A DNA stretch of 49,803 nt from an uncultured Deinococcaceae bacterium (GTDB lineage Bacteria > Deinococcota > Deinococci > Deinococcales > Deinococcaceae). The stretch is from positions 1 through 49,803 of the forward strand of contig CAXULY010000041.1 in the NCBI GenBank assembly GCA_964252075.1, in the 5' to 3' direction. Each line of letters starts with the position of its first letter. Within the stretch, counting starts at the first letter, position 1. This document shows, one piece after another, positions 22,500-33,084 of this stretch. The notes beneath the pieces are model-generated. The model had not been told where the DNA came from. It saw only the letters and a list, made by a program, of their open reading frames with translations, and ran no database searches. The position numbers and the translations under genes are program-made.

Positions 22500-23729
22500 T
22501 CAGCGGTTCTGGAAGGCCGTGATCTGCTGCTGCGCCTTCTGCAGGGCGGCGCTGGTGCTGCTCTGGCCGCCCAGCACACTGGCGAGCGCGTCGTTGATGG
22601 GTTTCGCCCAGTCGGTACCCTGCGGGCCGAAGGTGAAGCCCTGCACGTTGCCGTCCGAGGCGCCCTTGAAGACCACGCTGCTGTTCTGCGCGCCGGGGTC
22701 GTTCTTCTTGAAGTACGGGCTGGTGCCGAGCGCGCTGCGGCTGGGGATGGCGAGGCCCTGCTCCAGCACGTACTGCTGCGCGGCGGGGCTGGTGAGGGCG
22801 TTCAGGACCTTCACGGCGGCGGCCTTGTTCTTGGTGCCGGCATTGATGGCCCAGCCCACGGTGTACAGGAAGTTCCCGCGCTTCTTGGTGCTGTCCGCCT
22901 TCGGCAGGAGGGCCGTGCCGAACTTCAGGTTGGGGGCGTTGTCACGCAGGAAGTTCACGATCCAGCCGCCCTCGAAGGCCACAGCGACCTTGCCGGTCTT
23001 GAGGCAACCGCCGCTCCAGTCGGTGCTGAGTTCGCTGGGCGTCACGGCGACCTTGTTCTTCGCGAGGCCGGTGTACCAGTTGAAGGCCTGCACGAAGCGC
23101 GGGTCCTGCAGGTTGGTCTTGCCACCTGCGCCGAACTGCTGCCAGCCTGCGCCGTACGCGAAGGCGCCGAAGCGGTCGAAGGTCGGGGAGAGGCACGCGC
23201 CGTAGTAGTCGCTGCCGAGCGTCTGCTTCACCTTCGCGAGCTTGGCGCCCAGGGTGCTCCAGGTGTCCGCGTCGCTGGGGTACGCGACTTTCGCCTCGTC
23301 GAAGATGTCCTTGTTGTACACGACGGAGAGCGTGTTGAAGTCCTTCGCGATGGCGTACAGCTTGCCGCCGCGCGTGAAGGTCTTGTTCAGGCTGGGAATG
23401 AACGGCGTGCTGCTCACAACGCCCGTCAGGGGCAGCAGCTTCTTCGTGGCGATGAACCCGTCGAGGGTCTCGGCGGGCATGTAGAACAGGTCGCCAGCGT
23501 TCCCCGCGGCGAGGAGCGTGGTCAGGGCCTTGTTGTAGTCGCCCTGCAGCGGCTCGTACACCACCGTGATGTTGTCCTTCGCGACGGCGGGCTTCACGAA
23601 GCGGTTGATGAGGTCCCCGACGACGGCGGGGTCCGTGCCGCCGTACCCGTTGATCTTGATGGTGACCTGCTGGGCGGCGGCGGTGGAGGCCAGCGCGAGC
23701 AGGCCCAGCGTGACAAGTACCTTCTTCAT
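22500..23729 (-). CDS. Sugar ABC transporter substrate-binding protein
   Basis: Signal peptide; GKLYAIAKD..VYNKDIF; family 1 SBP size; GGAGG RBS. Confidence 0.92.
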   Translation of the reverse strand: MKKVLVTLGLLALASTAAAQQVTIKINGYGGTDPAVVGDLINRFVKPAVAKDNITVVYEPLQGDYNKALTTLLAAGNAGDLFYMPAETLDGFIATKKLLPLTGVVSSTPFIPSLNKTFTRGGKLYAIAKDFNTLSVVYNKDIFDEAKVAYPSDADTWSTLGAKLAKVKQTLGSDYYGACLSPTFDRFGAFAYGAGWQQFGAGGKTNLQDPRFVQAFNWYTGLAKNKVAVTPSELSTDWSGGCLKTGKVAVAFEGGWIVNFLRDNAPNLKFGTALLPKADSTKKRGNFLYTVGWAINAGTKNKAAAVKVLNALTSPAAQQYVLEQGLAIPSRSALGTSPYFKKNDPGAQNSSVVFKGASDGNVQGFTFGPQGTDWAKPINDALASVLGGQSSTSAALQKAQQQITAFQNR

Positions 23730-24709
23730 GATTCCTCCTGGAGGGAATGCGGGAGCGGGGGTGCGATGGTGTCGCCCGGCAGCAGCCGGACGGGGATGTA
23801 CTCGCCGCGCGCGGGGAGGCCGTCCATGCCTTCCTGCACGAGCGCCAGGGCGGTCGCGGCGATGCGCGCCACGTCCTGCGAGACGGTGGTGAGGCGCACA
23901 GGGAGCGGCAGTTCCGGCAGGCCGTCAAAGCCCACCACGGACACGTCGTGCGGCACGCGCAGGCCGAGGTCATGCAGCGCCGCGATGGCGCCGCAGGCCA
24001 TCTCGTCGCATCCGGCGACGAGGCCCGTGAAGCGCACGCCGCCCTCCCAGGCGCGGCGCAGCGCACGGTAGCCGCCCAGCACGCTGTACTCGGCGGGGAT
24101 GAGGCGCAGGCCCGCGCCCACCTCGCGCGCCGCGAGCTCCGCGCCGCGCGAGCGGTCACGCTGCACCTGCCCATCGCCGTCGCCGAGGTACGCGAGGTCG
24201 CGGTGCCCGAGCAGCGTGAGTTGCCGCGTGGCGAGCTGCGCCCCGCCCACGTCGTCCGGTGCGACCCACGCGCAGCCGGGGTGATGCCCGACGAGCGCGA
24301 AGGGCACGCCGCGCGCGCGCAGGGCCGCGAGGCGCGGGTCGTCGTCGCGGACGTGCATGAGCAGCACGCCGCTGGGGTTGCGGCTGAGCCCCGCGAGGTC
24401 CTCGCCGATGTCGAGGAGTTGCAAGCCGCCGGGCCCGGCGGCCTCGTCGAGCGCCCGGCGGAACAGCACCATGTACGGGGAGAGGCGCGGGTCCTTCTCC
24501 CCCACCGACAGGCCCAGGTTCAGGCCGCGCCGCCAGCTGAGGAGCCGCGCGGCGTGGTCCGGCTCGTACCCCATCTGGCGCATCACCTGCGAGACGCGCT
24601 CGCGCGTGGTGACGGCGACGGTGGCGTGGCCGTTGAGGACGCGGCTGACGGTGCCTTTGGAGACCCCGGCGGCGCGCGCGATGTCGGTGATGGTGGGTCG
24701 GCTCAGCAT
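23726..24709 (-). CDS. LacI-family transcriptional regulator
   Basis: TITDIARAAGVSKGTVSRVLNG HTH; VPHDVSVVGFD; start reassigned to ATG 24709. Confidence 0.93.
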   Translation of the reverse strand: MLSRPTITDIARAAGVSKGTVSRVLNGHATVAVTTRERVSQVMRQMGYEPDHAARLLSWRRGLNLGLSVGEKDPRLSPYMVLFRRALDEAAGPGGLQLLDIGEDLAGLSRNPSGVLLMHVRDDDPRLAALRARGVPFALVGHHPGCAWVAPDDVGGAQLATRQLTLLGHRDLAYLGDGDGQVQRDRSRGAELAAREVGAGLRLIPAEYSVLGGYRALRRAWEGGVRFTGLVAGCDEMACGAIAALHDLGLRVPHDVSVVGFDGLPELPLPVRLTTVSQDVARIAATALALVQEGMDGLPARGEYIPVRLLPGDTIAPPLPHSLQEES

Positions 24710-24716
24710 AATGATG

Positions 24717-24730
24717 TGTAACCGGTTACA
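24717..24730. promoter_or_regulatory. LacI-type operator 1
   Basis: Perfect palindrome TGTAACCGGTTACA just upstream of the LacI start. Confidence 0.85.
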
Positions 24731-24774
24731 GGCGTGCGGTGGCGCGTGCAGGTCACGTCCACCCGCCGCCATGT

Positions 24775-24788
24775 TGTAATCGGTTACA
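24775..24788. promoter_or_regulatory. LacI-type operator 2 at the predicted transcription start
   Basis: TGTAATCGGTTACA (one mismatch); minus-strand TTGACA 24821-24816 and GAGACT 24797-24792 lie upstream. Confidence 0.8.
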
Positions 24789-24842
24789 GAAAGTCTCGCG
24801 CTGGCCCGGCACCCCTGTCAAGTGACGCGCGCAACCATGAAG

Positions 24843-24873
24843 AAAACCGTGCGGGGCCAGATGGACCCGCACG
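24843..24873 (-). terminator. Probable terminator after the amidohydrolase
   Basis: CGTGCGGG/CCCGCACG stem followed by a T-run on the minus strand. Confidence 0.55.
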
Positions 24874-24897
24874 ATCGGGCGTTAAACCTGTTAAACC

Positions 24898-26076
24898 TCA
24901 GCCCTGCGCCAGCCGCACCGCGGCGCCCGCCAGCATCCGCACGCCCGTGATGAGGCTGCGCTCATCCACCGTGAAGCGCGGGTGGTGGTGCGGCGCCGTG
25001 ATGCCCGCCTCCGCGTTCCCGGCGCCCACGTTGAAGTACGCGCCCGGCACGCGCGTCAGGTACGCGCTGAAGTCCTCGCCCCCCATGCTGGGCCGCGCCT
25101 CCGCCAGCCACTCGGCGCCCACCTCCTCACGCGCCACTTCACGCAGCACGTCCACCACCCAGTCCGTGTTGATAACCGGGCGGTACCCGAACTGGTAGTC
25201 CAGCGTGTACTCCGCGCCGTGCGCCTCCGTCACGCCCTTCAGGATGCGCTCGATCATCTTCGGCGCGCGCTCGCGGATGCCCGTGTCGAAGCACCGCACG
25301 GTGCCCGTGAGGGTCGCGCTGTCCGGGATGATGTTGTCCGCCGTCCCCGCGTGGAACTGCGTGACGCTCACCACTAGCGCGTCCAGCGCGCTCGTCCCGC
25401 GACTCACGATGTGCTGCAGGTTCGCCACGACCTGCGCGCCCACCGCGATGGGGTCTACGCCCTCCTCGGGGTGCGCCGCGTGCGCGCCACGGCCCTTCAC
25501 GGTGATGTGAAACACGTCGGGCGACGCCATGAACTCGCCGGGCTTCACGGCCACCACGCCCGCCGGGATCATGCTGTTCAGGTGCAGGCCCGTCGCGACG
25601 TCCACGCCGTCCATCAGGCCGCCCTCCACCAGTTCCTCCGCGCCGCCCGGGAACAGTTCCTCGGCGTGCTGGAAGATCATGCGGATCTCGCCGGGCACGG
25701 TACCCTGCCGCGCGGACAGCACCTGCGCGACACCCAGCAGGATCGCGGTGTGCCCATCGTGCCCGCACGCGTGCATGACGCCCGGGTTCGTGCTCACGAA
25801 CTCGAAGTCGTTCTCCTCCGTGATGGGCAGCGCGTCCATGTCCGCGCGCAGCAGCACGGTCTTGCCGGGCAGACCGCCCTTCAGGACCGCCAGCACGCTC
25901 GTCGCGCTGGGGCGGGTCACGGTCAAGCCGGGCATCTTGCGCAGTTCGGCCTCCACGTACGCGGCCGTCTGGTGCTCCTGGAAACTCAGTTCGGGGTGCT
26001 GGTGCAGGTGGCGGCGCCAGGCGGTCACCTGTGCCTCGACAGCCTGAAGGGCCTGGTCGGTGTCGGTTGCGGTCAT
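24898..26076 (-). CDS. M20D amidohydrolase (HipO/YxeP-like)
   Basis: RRHLHQHPELSFQE, RADMDALP, MHACGHDGH, MGGEDF, PHHHPRF. Confidence 0.93.
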   Translation of the reverse strand: MTATDTDQALQAVEAQVTAWRRHLHQHPELSFQEHQTAAYVEAELRKMPGLTVTRPSATSVLAVLKGGLPGKTVLLRADMDALPITEENDFEFVSTNPGVMHACGHDGHTAILLGVAQVLSARQGTVPGEIRMIFQHAEELFPGGAEELVEGGLMDGVDVATGLHLNSMIPAGVVAVKPGEFMASPDVFHITVKGRGAHAAHPEEGVDPIAVGAQVVANLQHIVSRGTSALDALVVSVTQFHAGTADNIIPDSATLTGTVRCFDTGIRERAPKMIERILKGVTEAHGAEYTLDYQFGYRPVINTDWVVDVLREVAREEVGAEWLAEARPSMGGEDFSAYLTRVPGAYFNVGAGNAEAGITAPHHHPRFTVDERSLITGVRMLAGAAVRLAQG

Positions 26077-26149
26077 GCGGCCTCCTTGGTCGAGCGATGA
26101 ATGGAACCGCCCCAGCCTACCGCCACAGCGCGCGTGGCACAATGCGGGC

Positions 26150-26434
26150 ATGGTGACCGCCATCGTGCTCGTGCAGGCTGACCGTTCGCGCATTCAGGAA
26201 ACGGCCGCCGAACTCGCGGGCGTGCCGCACGTCAAGGAGGTGTACAGCGTGACAGGCGAGTGGGACATCGTGGCGCTGCTGCGCCTCCCCAACTACGAGG
26301 ACCTCGACGACGTCGTGACCGGCAACCTGCGCCGCATTCCCGGCCTCCTCAAAACGCAGACCATGCTGGCCTTCCGCACGTACTCGCAGGAACTGCTGGA
26401 CCAGGGCTTCGGCGTCGGCCTGAATGAGGACTGA
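26150..26434 (+). CDS. Stand-alone Lrp/AsnC ligand-binding (RAM) domain protein
   Basis: EVYSVTGEWDIV motif; no HTH; CACAAT-N6-ATG. Confidence 0.85.
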   Translation: MVTAIVLVQADRSRIQETAAELAGVPHVKEVYSVTGEWDIVALLRLPNYEDLDDVVTGNLRRIPGLLKTQTMLAFRTYSQELLDQGFGVGLNED

Positions 26435-26444
26435 GGGGCGCGCG

Positions 26445-26793
26445 GTGACGCCCCCCTCACCCACGCCGCTCGTCGTGTACGTGGACGAGACCCTGGTGCG
26501 GAACGACGGCTCCACACGCATTCCCATGCCCGCCGTCATCCGGCACGTGCGCGCCCTGTACGATCAGGGCGCCACCCTGGACTGCTGGAGTTCCGGCGGG
26601 GCAGAGTACGCCCGCCGAGGCGCTGGGCCTCGCGGGGTGCATCACGGCCTTCCTGCCGAAACCCCAGGTGCTGCTCGACGACCAGCACCCGAGCGCGTGG
26701 CGGCGCCTCGTGCACCAGCACCCGAACAGCTGCGGGGATCAGACGGTGGAGGCGTACCGGGACGCCCTGGGGCGCCCCGCGCGCGCCGACTGA
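26445..26793 (+). pseudogene. Frameshifted small HAD-like hydrolase
   Basis: First frame VVYVDETLV..WSSGGAEYAR continues in the +1 frame from about 26614 as AEALGL..FLPKPQVLLDD..*; motif I lacks the second Asp. Confidence 0.7.
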
Positions 26794-26795
26794 CT

Positions 26796-28061
26796 TCACG
26801 CTCCCCTGGGCCGGCTCATGACCGTCACGTCGCCCAGCAGGATGGCGGCGGCCTTCTCGCCGCTCTCCATGGCGCCCTGAATGCTGCTCATGCTGGTCGC
26901 CTCGCCCGCGATGAGCACGTTGGGGAGGGGGGTGCCGTGCCCCGCCAGCGCGCCAGCGAAGCCGGGCGGTTGCCACATCTGCGCGTAGGCGATGCGGTCC
27001 ACGCCGAGCAGGCGCAGGCGCGCCACCGCCTCCGCGCCGTACCAGGGGGTCAGCTCGGCGCGCACGAGGCCGTCCAGCACCTCGTCGTCGTGGTCGGGAA
27101 GGCCCAGCACCGTCACCTGCAGCAGGTGACTGCCGGTGGGCGCGGCGCCCGGCACGGCGTTGCTCACCCACAGCGCGTTGTTCACGAAGCCGGGCTCGGC
27201 GTTCAGCAGCAGTCGCGGTTCAGGGTCGAGCGCGGCGGGGCTCGCGTAGTTCAGGTACGTGCTCGCGCGCTGCCCGCGCGGCACGGGGACGCCCGTGAGG
27301 CGCTCCGTCTCGGGCGGGTCCGCCGCGACGATCACCTGCCCGGCCTCGATGTCACCCACGTCCGTCACCAGCGTGACGCCCGCCGCGTGCGGCGCGAGGC
27401 GCCGCACGCGCAGGTTGGTGGTGACGTTCAGGCCCTCCGCGAGCTGGCGTGGGATGTCCGCCATGCCGCCCTCGGGCAGCGCGATGCCGCCCTGCATGAG
27501 CATCCGGAAGTAGTACCGGAAGAGCCGCGCGCTGGTGCTGAGGTCCGGGTCGAGGAAGATGCCGCCGAAGAACGGCCGGAAGAAGTGCGCGATGGCGCCG
27601 AGCGAGAAGCCGCGCCGCGTGAGGAACGCCAGCGTGCTCTCGTCCGGTCCGTCCAGCAGCGCGTGCGCGGGCCCAGGGCGCAGTTCGGCGGCGAGCCGGG
27701 CCACCAGCAGCTTGTCGCGCAGCGTCACGCTGCGCGCCGAGAGGGTCTGCGGGAGTCGCACGCGGTCGCGGATGGGGTCCGCGAGCGTCTCGGTGTGTCC
27801 GCCCTGGCGGACGATGGCGGCGGGCCGCAACGGCGCGAGTTTCAGGCGCTTGAGGTCCAGCTGCCGCCGCACCGCCGGGTACGCAGTGAACAGCACCTGG
27901 AAGCCGCGGTCCACGCGGTGCCCGTCCAGTTCACGCGTGCGGACGCGCCCGCCGACCTCGTCTCCCGCCTCCAGCACCCGCACGCTGCGCCCGGCCGCGG
28001 CCAGCACGCGCGCGGCGGTCAGGCCCGTCAGTCCCGCGCCCACCACCACCACGTCTGTCAT
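26796..28061 (-). CDS. FAD-dependent oxidoreductase (flavin amine oxidase/phytoene desaturase-like)
   Basis: N-terminal GAGLTG Rossmann motif, VGGRVRT, C-terminal SIQGAMESG. Confidence 0.9.
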   Translation of the reverse strand: MTDVVVVGAGLTGLTAARVLAAAGRSVRVLEAGDEVGGRVRTRELDGHRVDRGFQVLFTAYPAVRRQLDLKRLKLAPLRPAAIVRQGGHTETLADPIRDRVRLPQTLSARSVTLRDKLLVARLAAELRPGPAHALLDGPDESTLAFLTRRGFSLGAIAHFFRPFFGGIFLDPDLSTSARLFRYYFRMLMQGGIALPEGGMADIPRQLAEGLNVTTNLRVRRLAPHAAGVTLVTDVGDIEAGQVIVAADPPETERLTGVPVPRGQRASTYLNYASPAALDPEPRLLLNAEPGFVNNALWVSNAVPGAAPTGSHLLQVTVLGLPDHDDEVLDGLVRAELTPWYGAEAVARLRLLGVDRIAYAQMWQPPGFAGALAGHGTPLPNVLIAGEATSMSSIQGAMESGEKAAAILLGDVTVMSRPRGA

Positions 28062-28153
28062 GAGGGGAGCCTAGCAGAGCGCGGCGCCATCGCGACAGCG
28101 GGGCGGGCGTGGGCCGTGTGGAGCGTGGCCCGCACCCCAGCCGGCATGGCCCG

Positions 28154-28603
28154 CTAGCTGTTCTGCGCCTGCAGCGCCGCCTCAAGCTCGCCGAGCGCGG
28201 CGAGCGCCCGACGTGCTGCGTCGGGCGGCAGGTGTCCGAAGACGTCGTGCAGGATGCGTTCGCTGGCCTCCACGGTGTGCTCGCGCGCCTCCTGCCCGGC
28301 GTCCGTGAGTTCCAGCCGGAACTTGCGCAGGTCGTCGGGTTCCGTCACGCGGCGCACCAGCCCGAGGTCCGTGAGGTGGCCGAGCAGGCGCGTCACGGTG
28401 GGGGCCGGCAGGTGGTGGCGCGCGGCGATCTGGCCGGGGTACGTGCCGCCGTCCGTGATGGCGGTCAGCACCACCAACTCTTTCATGTTTAGGTTCAGTT
28501 CGCTCTCCAGCGGTTCGTCCAGCGCGGCGTGGAAGGCCCGCGAGAGGCGCAGGACCGAGCGGACCAGCAGGTTCAGTTCGGATGGCACGACAGACGTGGG
28601 CAC
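28154..28603 (-). CDS. MarR-family regulator
   Basis: PTVTRLL..L...GLVRR...DLRK..LELT..G winged helix; exact start uncertain. Confidence 0.85.
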   Translation of the reverse strand: MPTSVVPSELNLLVRSVLRLSRAFHAALDEPLESELNLNMKELVVLTAITDGGTYPGQIAARHHLPAPTVTRLLGHLTDLGLVRRVTEPDDLRKFRLELTDAGQEAREHTVEASERILHDVFGHLPPDAARRALAALGELEAALQAQNS

Positions 28604-28647
28604 CCCTCACTTTCGCCGCACCGACCCGTTCTTTTCAAGCGGTACTG

Positions 28648-29088
28648 TTACGGCGCACCCGATCCCTGGCCCTCTACGTGCTCGTCCAGCCACGCGCCCG
28701 CCGTGAGGTGCCGCGCGAGCGCGCGGGGCAGCCACGGGAGCGCCTCCTGAGGCAGCCGCGCGGCGTCATGCCACGCGACGAGGTCGCATTCCGCGCGGGG
28801 GTACGGCTCGCCCGTGAAGTGCCGCGCAAGGAAGAAGAAGTCCGCGCCCTCCATGCCCTCCGCGACGTAGCGGGTGACGCCGAGGGGGTGCAGCGCGCCG
28901 GGTTCGACCCCCACGCCGACTTCCTCCCAGGCTTCGCGCGCGGCGGCCTGTGCGAGCGTCTCCCCCGCCTCCACGTGCCCACCGGGGAGGCCCCACAGGC
29001 CCGCCCCATACCGCCCCGGCGCGCGGCGTGCCAGCAGCACCCGGCCTTCCCGCTGCAACACCACCCACGCCACAAGGTGAAAGGTCAT
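28648..29088 (-). CDS. NUDIX hydrolase
   Basis: Nudix box GGHVEAGETLAQAAAREAWEEVG; TACCCT-N6-ATG. Confidence 0.92.
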   Translation of the reverse strand: MTFHLVAWVVLQREGRVLLARRAPGRYGAGLWGLPGGHVEAGETLAQAAAREAWEEVGVGVEPGALHPLGVTRYVAEGMEGADFFFLARHFTGEPYPRAECDLVAWHDAARLPQEALPWLPRALARHLTAGAWLDEHVEGQGSGAP

Positions 29089-29326
29089 GCGGTCAGGGTA
29101 CCGAGGCAGGGAGGCGGCCACGTCGCTCTGTCTGACTTGGCGGCGCGCCCGGACCGAATGGGCTGGACTGCCGCTGCCGCATGGGCTCGTACGAGCCTGC
29201 GGCCTTCCCTAGAAACGCCCTGTGCCAAGCCCGTCGCCGCTCCTCCCGTTCACGCTGAGGGCGTCCACACCCGGCCACAGAACGACTTTTACACCGCCCT
29301 CTGTGCCCGCGCTATACTCCGCTCGC

Positions 29327-29414
29327 GTCACCGGGGGTGCCCCGCCACAAGCGGGCAGGGCTGAGAGAGTCCCCAGGAACCTGATCCAGTTCGTGCTGGC
29401 GGAGGGAGTGTGAC
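29327..29414 (+). ncRNA. TPP riboswitch (THI element)
   Basis: GGGGTGC...GCTGAGA...CCC...ACCTGATC.....GCGGAGGGAG core with GTCAC/GTGAC P1; TATACT -10 upstream; precedes thiamine ABC genes. Confidence 0.95.
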
Positions 29415-29472
29415 CGATGGGCCCGCAATGGTGCCCACCGACCTCCCCTTTGTGACGCAAAGGGGGCTTTTC

Positions 29473-30510
29473 ATGTGGAGAACCGTGTTGATGTGGGGCC
29501 TGCTGGCGGGCAGTGTGGGCGCGGCCGGGGCGGGCGCCGCCACCCTGACGGTCGTGACGCACGACAGTTTCGCCGTGGATAAGAAGCTCATCGCGCAGTT
29601 CGAGGCGCAGACGGGCGCGCACGTGCGGTTCGTGAAGGGCGGCGACGCGGGCGAGATGCTGAACCGCCTGATCCTGACGCGCCGCGCGCCCATCGGGGAC
29701 GTGGTGTACGGCCTGGACAACACCCTGCTGCCGCGCGCGCGCGCCGCGGGCATCCTGGAGGCGTACAGGAGCCCGGCGCTCGCGAGGGTGCCCGCGAAGT
29801 ACCAGCTGGACGCGGGCGGCCTGCTGAACACCGTGGATTACGGCTGGGTGGCCCTGAATTACGACAAGGCGTGGTTCAAGAAGCAGGGGCTGGCGCTCCC
29901 CAGGACGCTGGAGGACCTCGCGCGGCCCGGGTACGCGAAGCTGACGGTGGTGGAGAGCCCCGCGACGAGCAGCACGGGCGCGGCCTTCCTGCTGGCGACC
30001 GTGCGGCACTTTCAGGCGCAGGGCCTCGGGGAGGACGGCGCGTGGAGCTGGTGGCGCGCAGCGCGGCAGAACGGGATGCTCGTCACGCGCGGCTGGGAGG
30101 ACGCGTACAACACGCAGTTCAGCAAGAACGGCGGGAAGTACCCGATCGTGCTGAGTTACGCGTCGAGTCCCGCCGCGGAAGTCGCGTACAGTGACAAGCC
30201 GCTCTCGGAGAGCCCCACCGCGAACCTGCTGCTGCCTGGCAGCACCTTCCTGCAGCTGGAGGGCGTGGGGGTGCTGAAGGGCGCGAAGCAGGCGGCGCTC
30301 GCGCGGCGGTTCGTGGACTTCATGCTGAGCGCGCCCGTGCAGGCGGACTTCCCGACGCGCATGTGGGTGTACCCGGCGGTGCAGGGCGTGAAGCTCGACC
30401 CGGTGTTCCGCTTCGCGCAGGTGCCGACGGCAGAGCCCACGGGCGCCGCGCTGCTGAACCAGTCGCCCGCCCTGACGGACCGCTGGGTGGATCAGGTGCT
30501 GAGGCGGTAG
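29473..30510 (+). CDS. thiB: Thiamine ABC transporter substrate-binding protein
   Basis: [35 protein letters not shown]; downstream of the TPP riboswitch. Confidence 0.92.
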   Translation: MWRTVLMWGLLAGSVGAAGAGAATLTVVTHDSFAVDKKLIAQFEAQTGAHVRFVKGGDAGEMLNRLILTRRAPIGDVVYGLDNTLLPRARAAGILEAYRSPALARVPAKYQLDAGGLLNTVDYGWVALNYDKAWFKKQGLALPRTLEDLARPGYAKLTVVESPATSSTGAAFLLATVRHFQAQGLGEDGAWSWWRAARQNGMLVTRGWEDAYNTQFSKNGGKYPIVLSYASSPAAEVAYSDKPLSESPTANLLLPGSTFLQLEGVGVLKGAKQAALARRFVDFMLSAPVQADFPTRMWVYPAVQGVKLDPVFRFAQVPTAEPTGAALLNQSPALTDRWVDQVLRR

Positions 30511-30514
30511 GGGC

Positions 30515-32062
30515 GTGATGCGTCGTCGGGCCTGGGGCTGGGCGGTCGCGCTGCCCAGCCTGCTGTTCCTGGCGGCGTTTCTGGTCCTGCCGCTCGCGCG
30601 CACGGTGCGTGAGGGTGGGGTGTCACTCGGCGTGTGGCAGCAGCCGTACTTCCTGGGTCGCCTCGCCTGGACGCTCGCGCAGGCGGGGTTGAGCGCGCTG
30701 GTGGCGCTGCTGGTGGGCGCGCCGCTGGCGTACCTGCTGGCGCGCTACCGCGTGCCGGGCGGGTCGCTGTTCCTGCGCGCGCTGCTGCTGCCGTTCGTGA
30801 CGCCGACGCTGGTGGCGGCACTGGGCCTCACGGCGCTGTTCGGGCCGCGCGGCCTCACGCACGTGGACCTGAGCGGCACGCCCGCGCTGCTCGTCATCGG
30901 GAACCTGTTCTTCAACCTGCCCTTGATGGTGCGCCTCGCGCACGGCGGCTTCTCGCGCGTGCCGCCCCACCTGTTGGGCGCGGCGCGCTCGCTGGGCGCG
31001 TCCGCGTGGCGGTCGGCGCTCACGGTAGCGCTGCCCCTGGCCCTGCCGGGTCTGCTGGCGGGGGTGGTGCTGGTGTTCCTGTACAGCTTCCTGAGTTTCG
31101 GCCTGCCGCTCACGCTGGGCGGTGAGCGCTACGCGACGCTGGAGGTGGAAATCTACACCCTGACCGCGTATGAGCTGCGCCTCCCCGAGGCGAGCGCCCT
31201 GATTCTGGGGCAGCTGGCGGTCACGCTCGTCGCGACGGCCACGTACCTGCGCCTCGCGCGGGGCGGGTCGGGCGTGCAGGGTCAGGCGCCCCTCCCGCAC
31301 CCCAGCGCCGGGGCGGCGCTGGCGCTCGGGGTGCTGGGCGCGCTCACGCTGGCGGTGTGCTTCGGGCCGCTGCTGGCGGTGGCGCTGCGCAGCGTGCTGG
31401 GGTCGGACGGGTGGACGCTCGGCTTCTGGCGGGGCGTCGCGAGTCCAGACGCGGACCTCAGCCTGGGCGTGATGCTCGGCAACACCTTGCGCTTCGGGGT
31501 GCTGGCGCTCGCGGGCGCGCTGCTGCTGGGCGGCCTGCACGCGCTGGGGGCGTGGCGCGCGGGTTCGCGCGCGCTGGACCTGCTCTCCCTGCTGCCCCTG
31601 ATGGTGTCCCCGGTGAGCCTCGCGGTGGGGTACCTGCTGCTGTACCCGGCGCTGAGCGCCCAGCTGCCGCTCCTGATTGCGGCGTACACGCTGCTGGCCG
31701 CGCCGCTCGTCACGCGCAGCGCGCTGCCCGCCCTGCGCGCCCTGCCGCCCCGGCTGCTGGAGGCGGCGCGCACGCTGGGCAGCGGACCTGCGCAGGCCTT
31801 CGGGCGGGTGGCGCTGCCGCTGGTCTCCCCCGCCGTGCGGGGCGGGGCGGCGCTGGCGCTCGCGACGGTGCTGGGGGAGTTCGGCGCGACGCTGGTCCTC
31901 ACGCGGCCCGAGTGGGCGACCCTCAGCATCGGCATGTACGAGCGCCTGGGTCGGCCCGGCGCGCAGAACCTTGGGGAGGCGTGCGCGCTCGCGACGCTGC
32001 TCATGGCGCTGGCGCTCGCGAGCTTCACGGCGCTCGACGGCGGGCGGGGGGAGGTGACGTGA
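30515..32062 (+). CDS. thiP: Thiamine ABC transporter permease (two repeats)
   Basis: Two EAA-like motifs ([15 protein letters not shown]); TLEVEIY; operon position. Confidence 0.88.
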   Translation: MMRRRAWGWAVALPSLLFLAAFLVLPLARTVREGGVSLGVWQQPYFLGRLAWTLAQAGLSALVALLVGAPLAYLLARYRVPGGSLFLRALLLPFVTPTLVAALGLTALFGPRGLTHVDLSGTPALLVIGNLFFNLPLMVRLAHGGFSRVPPHLLGAARSLGASAWRSALTVALPLALPGLLAGVVLVFLYSFLSFGLPLTLGGERYATLEVEIYTLTAYELRLPEASALILGQLAVTLVATATYLRLARGGSGVQGQAPLPHPSAGAALALGVLGALTLAVCFGPLLAVALRSVLGSDGWTLGFWRGVASPDADLSLGVMLGNTLRFGVLALAGALLLGGLHALGAWRAGSRALDLLSLLPLMVSPVSLAVGYLLLYPALSAQLPLLIAAYTLLAAPLVTRSALPALRALPPRLLEAARTLGSGPAQAFGRVALPLVSPAVRGGAALALATVLGEFGATLVLTRPEWATLSIGMYERLGRPGAQNLGEACALATLLMALALASFTALDGGRGEVT

Positions 32063-33030
32063 CGGACCTCCTCGCCCTCCAGCACATCACGCGGCACTAC
32101 GGCGCGACCCCCGCCGTGCAGGACCTGTCCGTCACGCTCGCGGCGGGCGAGACGCTGGCGCTGCTGGGGCCGTCAGGCTGCGGCAAGTCCACGCTGCTGC
32201 GCGTCGCGGCGGGCCTGGAGCGCCCGGATGCCGGGCGGGTGGTGCTGCGCGGGCAGGACGTGACGCGCTGGCCGCCGGAACGGCGGCGCACCGCGCTGGT
32301 CTTTCAGGACTACGCGCTGTTCCCGCACCTGACCGTGCTGGAGAACGCCGCGTACGGGCCGCGCGCGCGGGGCCTGGACCGTCAGGAGGCGCGCGCGCGG
32401 GCGCACGAGGCGCTCGCGCTGGTGGGCCTGGACGCCCTGAGCGCGAGACGCCCGGAGGCGCTCTCCGGGGGGCAGCAGCAGCGCGTGGCGCTCGCGCGGG
32501 CGCTCGCCACGCGACCGGACCTGCTGCTGCTGGACGAGCCGCTGAGCAACCTGGATGAGCAGTTGCGCGCGGAGTTGCGGGCGGAACTCGCGGCGCTCTT
32601 CGCGCGGCTGTCGGTGGCGGTGCTGCTGGTCACGCACGACCAGCGCGAGGCGCTCGCGCTGGCAGGGCGCGTCGCGCTGATGCGCGCGGGACGGCTGGTG
32701 CAGGTGGGGTCGGCGGCGGAGGTGTTCGCGCGGCCTGCCGACGCCTGGGCCGCCGCGTTCCTCGGGCACCGCAACCTGCTGCCGCAGCCGGGCGGCGCGG
32801 TGCTGCTGGTGCCCGAGGAGGCCGTGACGCTGGGCGACGGGGACGCCTGCCCGGTGCTGGACCGCGCGCCCCTGGAGCGGGGCGCGCGCGTGCGGGTGCG
32901 TCACGCGCTGGGCGACCTGACGCTGGACCTGAGCGCGCGCGAGGCGGCGCACCTCGGGGACGCGCTGCGCCTGCGCGTGCACCTGGAACTCTGCCTCACG
33001 CTCCCCGCCAGCCCAGATACGCTTTGTTAA
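32059..33030 (+). CDS. thiQ: Thiamine ABC transporter ATP-binding protein
   Basis: Walker [27 protein letters not shown] overlap with thiP. Confidence 0.85.
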   Translation: MTDLLALQHITRHYGATPAVQDLSVTLAAGETLALLGPSGCGKSTLLRVAAGLERPDAGRVVLRGQDVTRWPPERRRTALVFQDYALFPHLTVLENAAYGPRARGLDRQEARARAHEALALVGLDALSARRPEALSGGQQQRVALARALATRPDLLLLDEPLSNLDEQLRAELRAELAALFARLSVAVLLVTHDQREALALAGRVALMRAGRLVQVGSAAEVFARPADAWAAAFLGHRNLLPQPGGAVLLVPEEAVTLGDGDACPVLDRAPLERGARVRVRHALGDLTLDLSAREAAHLGDALRLRVHLELCLTLPASPDTLC

Positions 33031-33084
33031 CGCGCCGCTCATTATGCTAAGGAGGATTCGGGCCACGCCCGACTGGAGGTTTCC

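Noticed and set aside
26424..28157. 577-aa ORF
   Set aside because: Only the first ~60 codons look real (HAD pseudogene); the rest is read-through antisense to the FAD oxidoreductase
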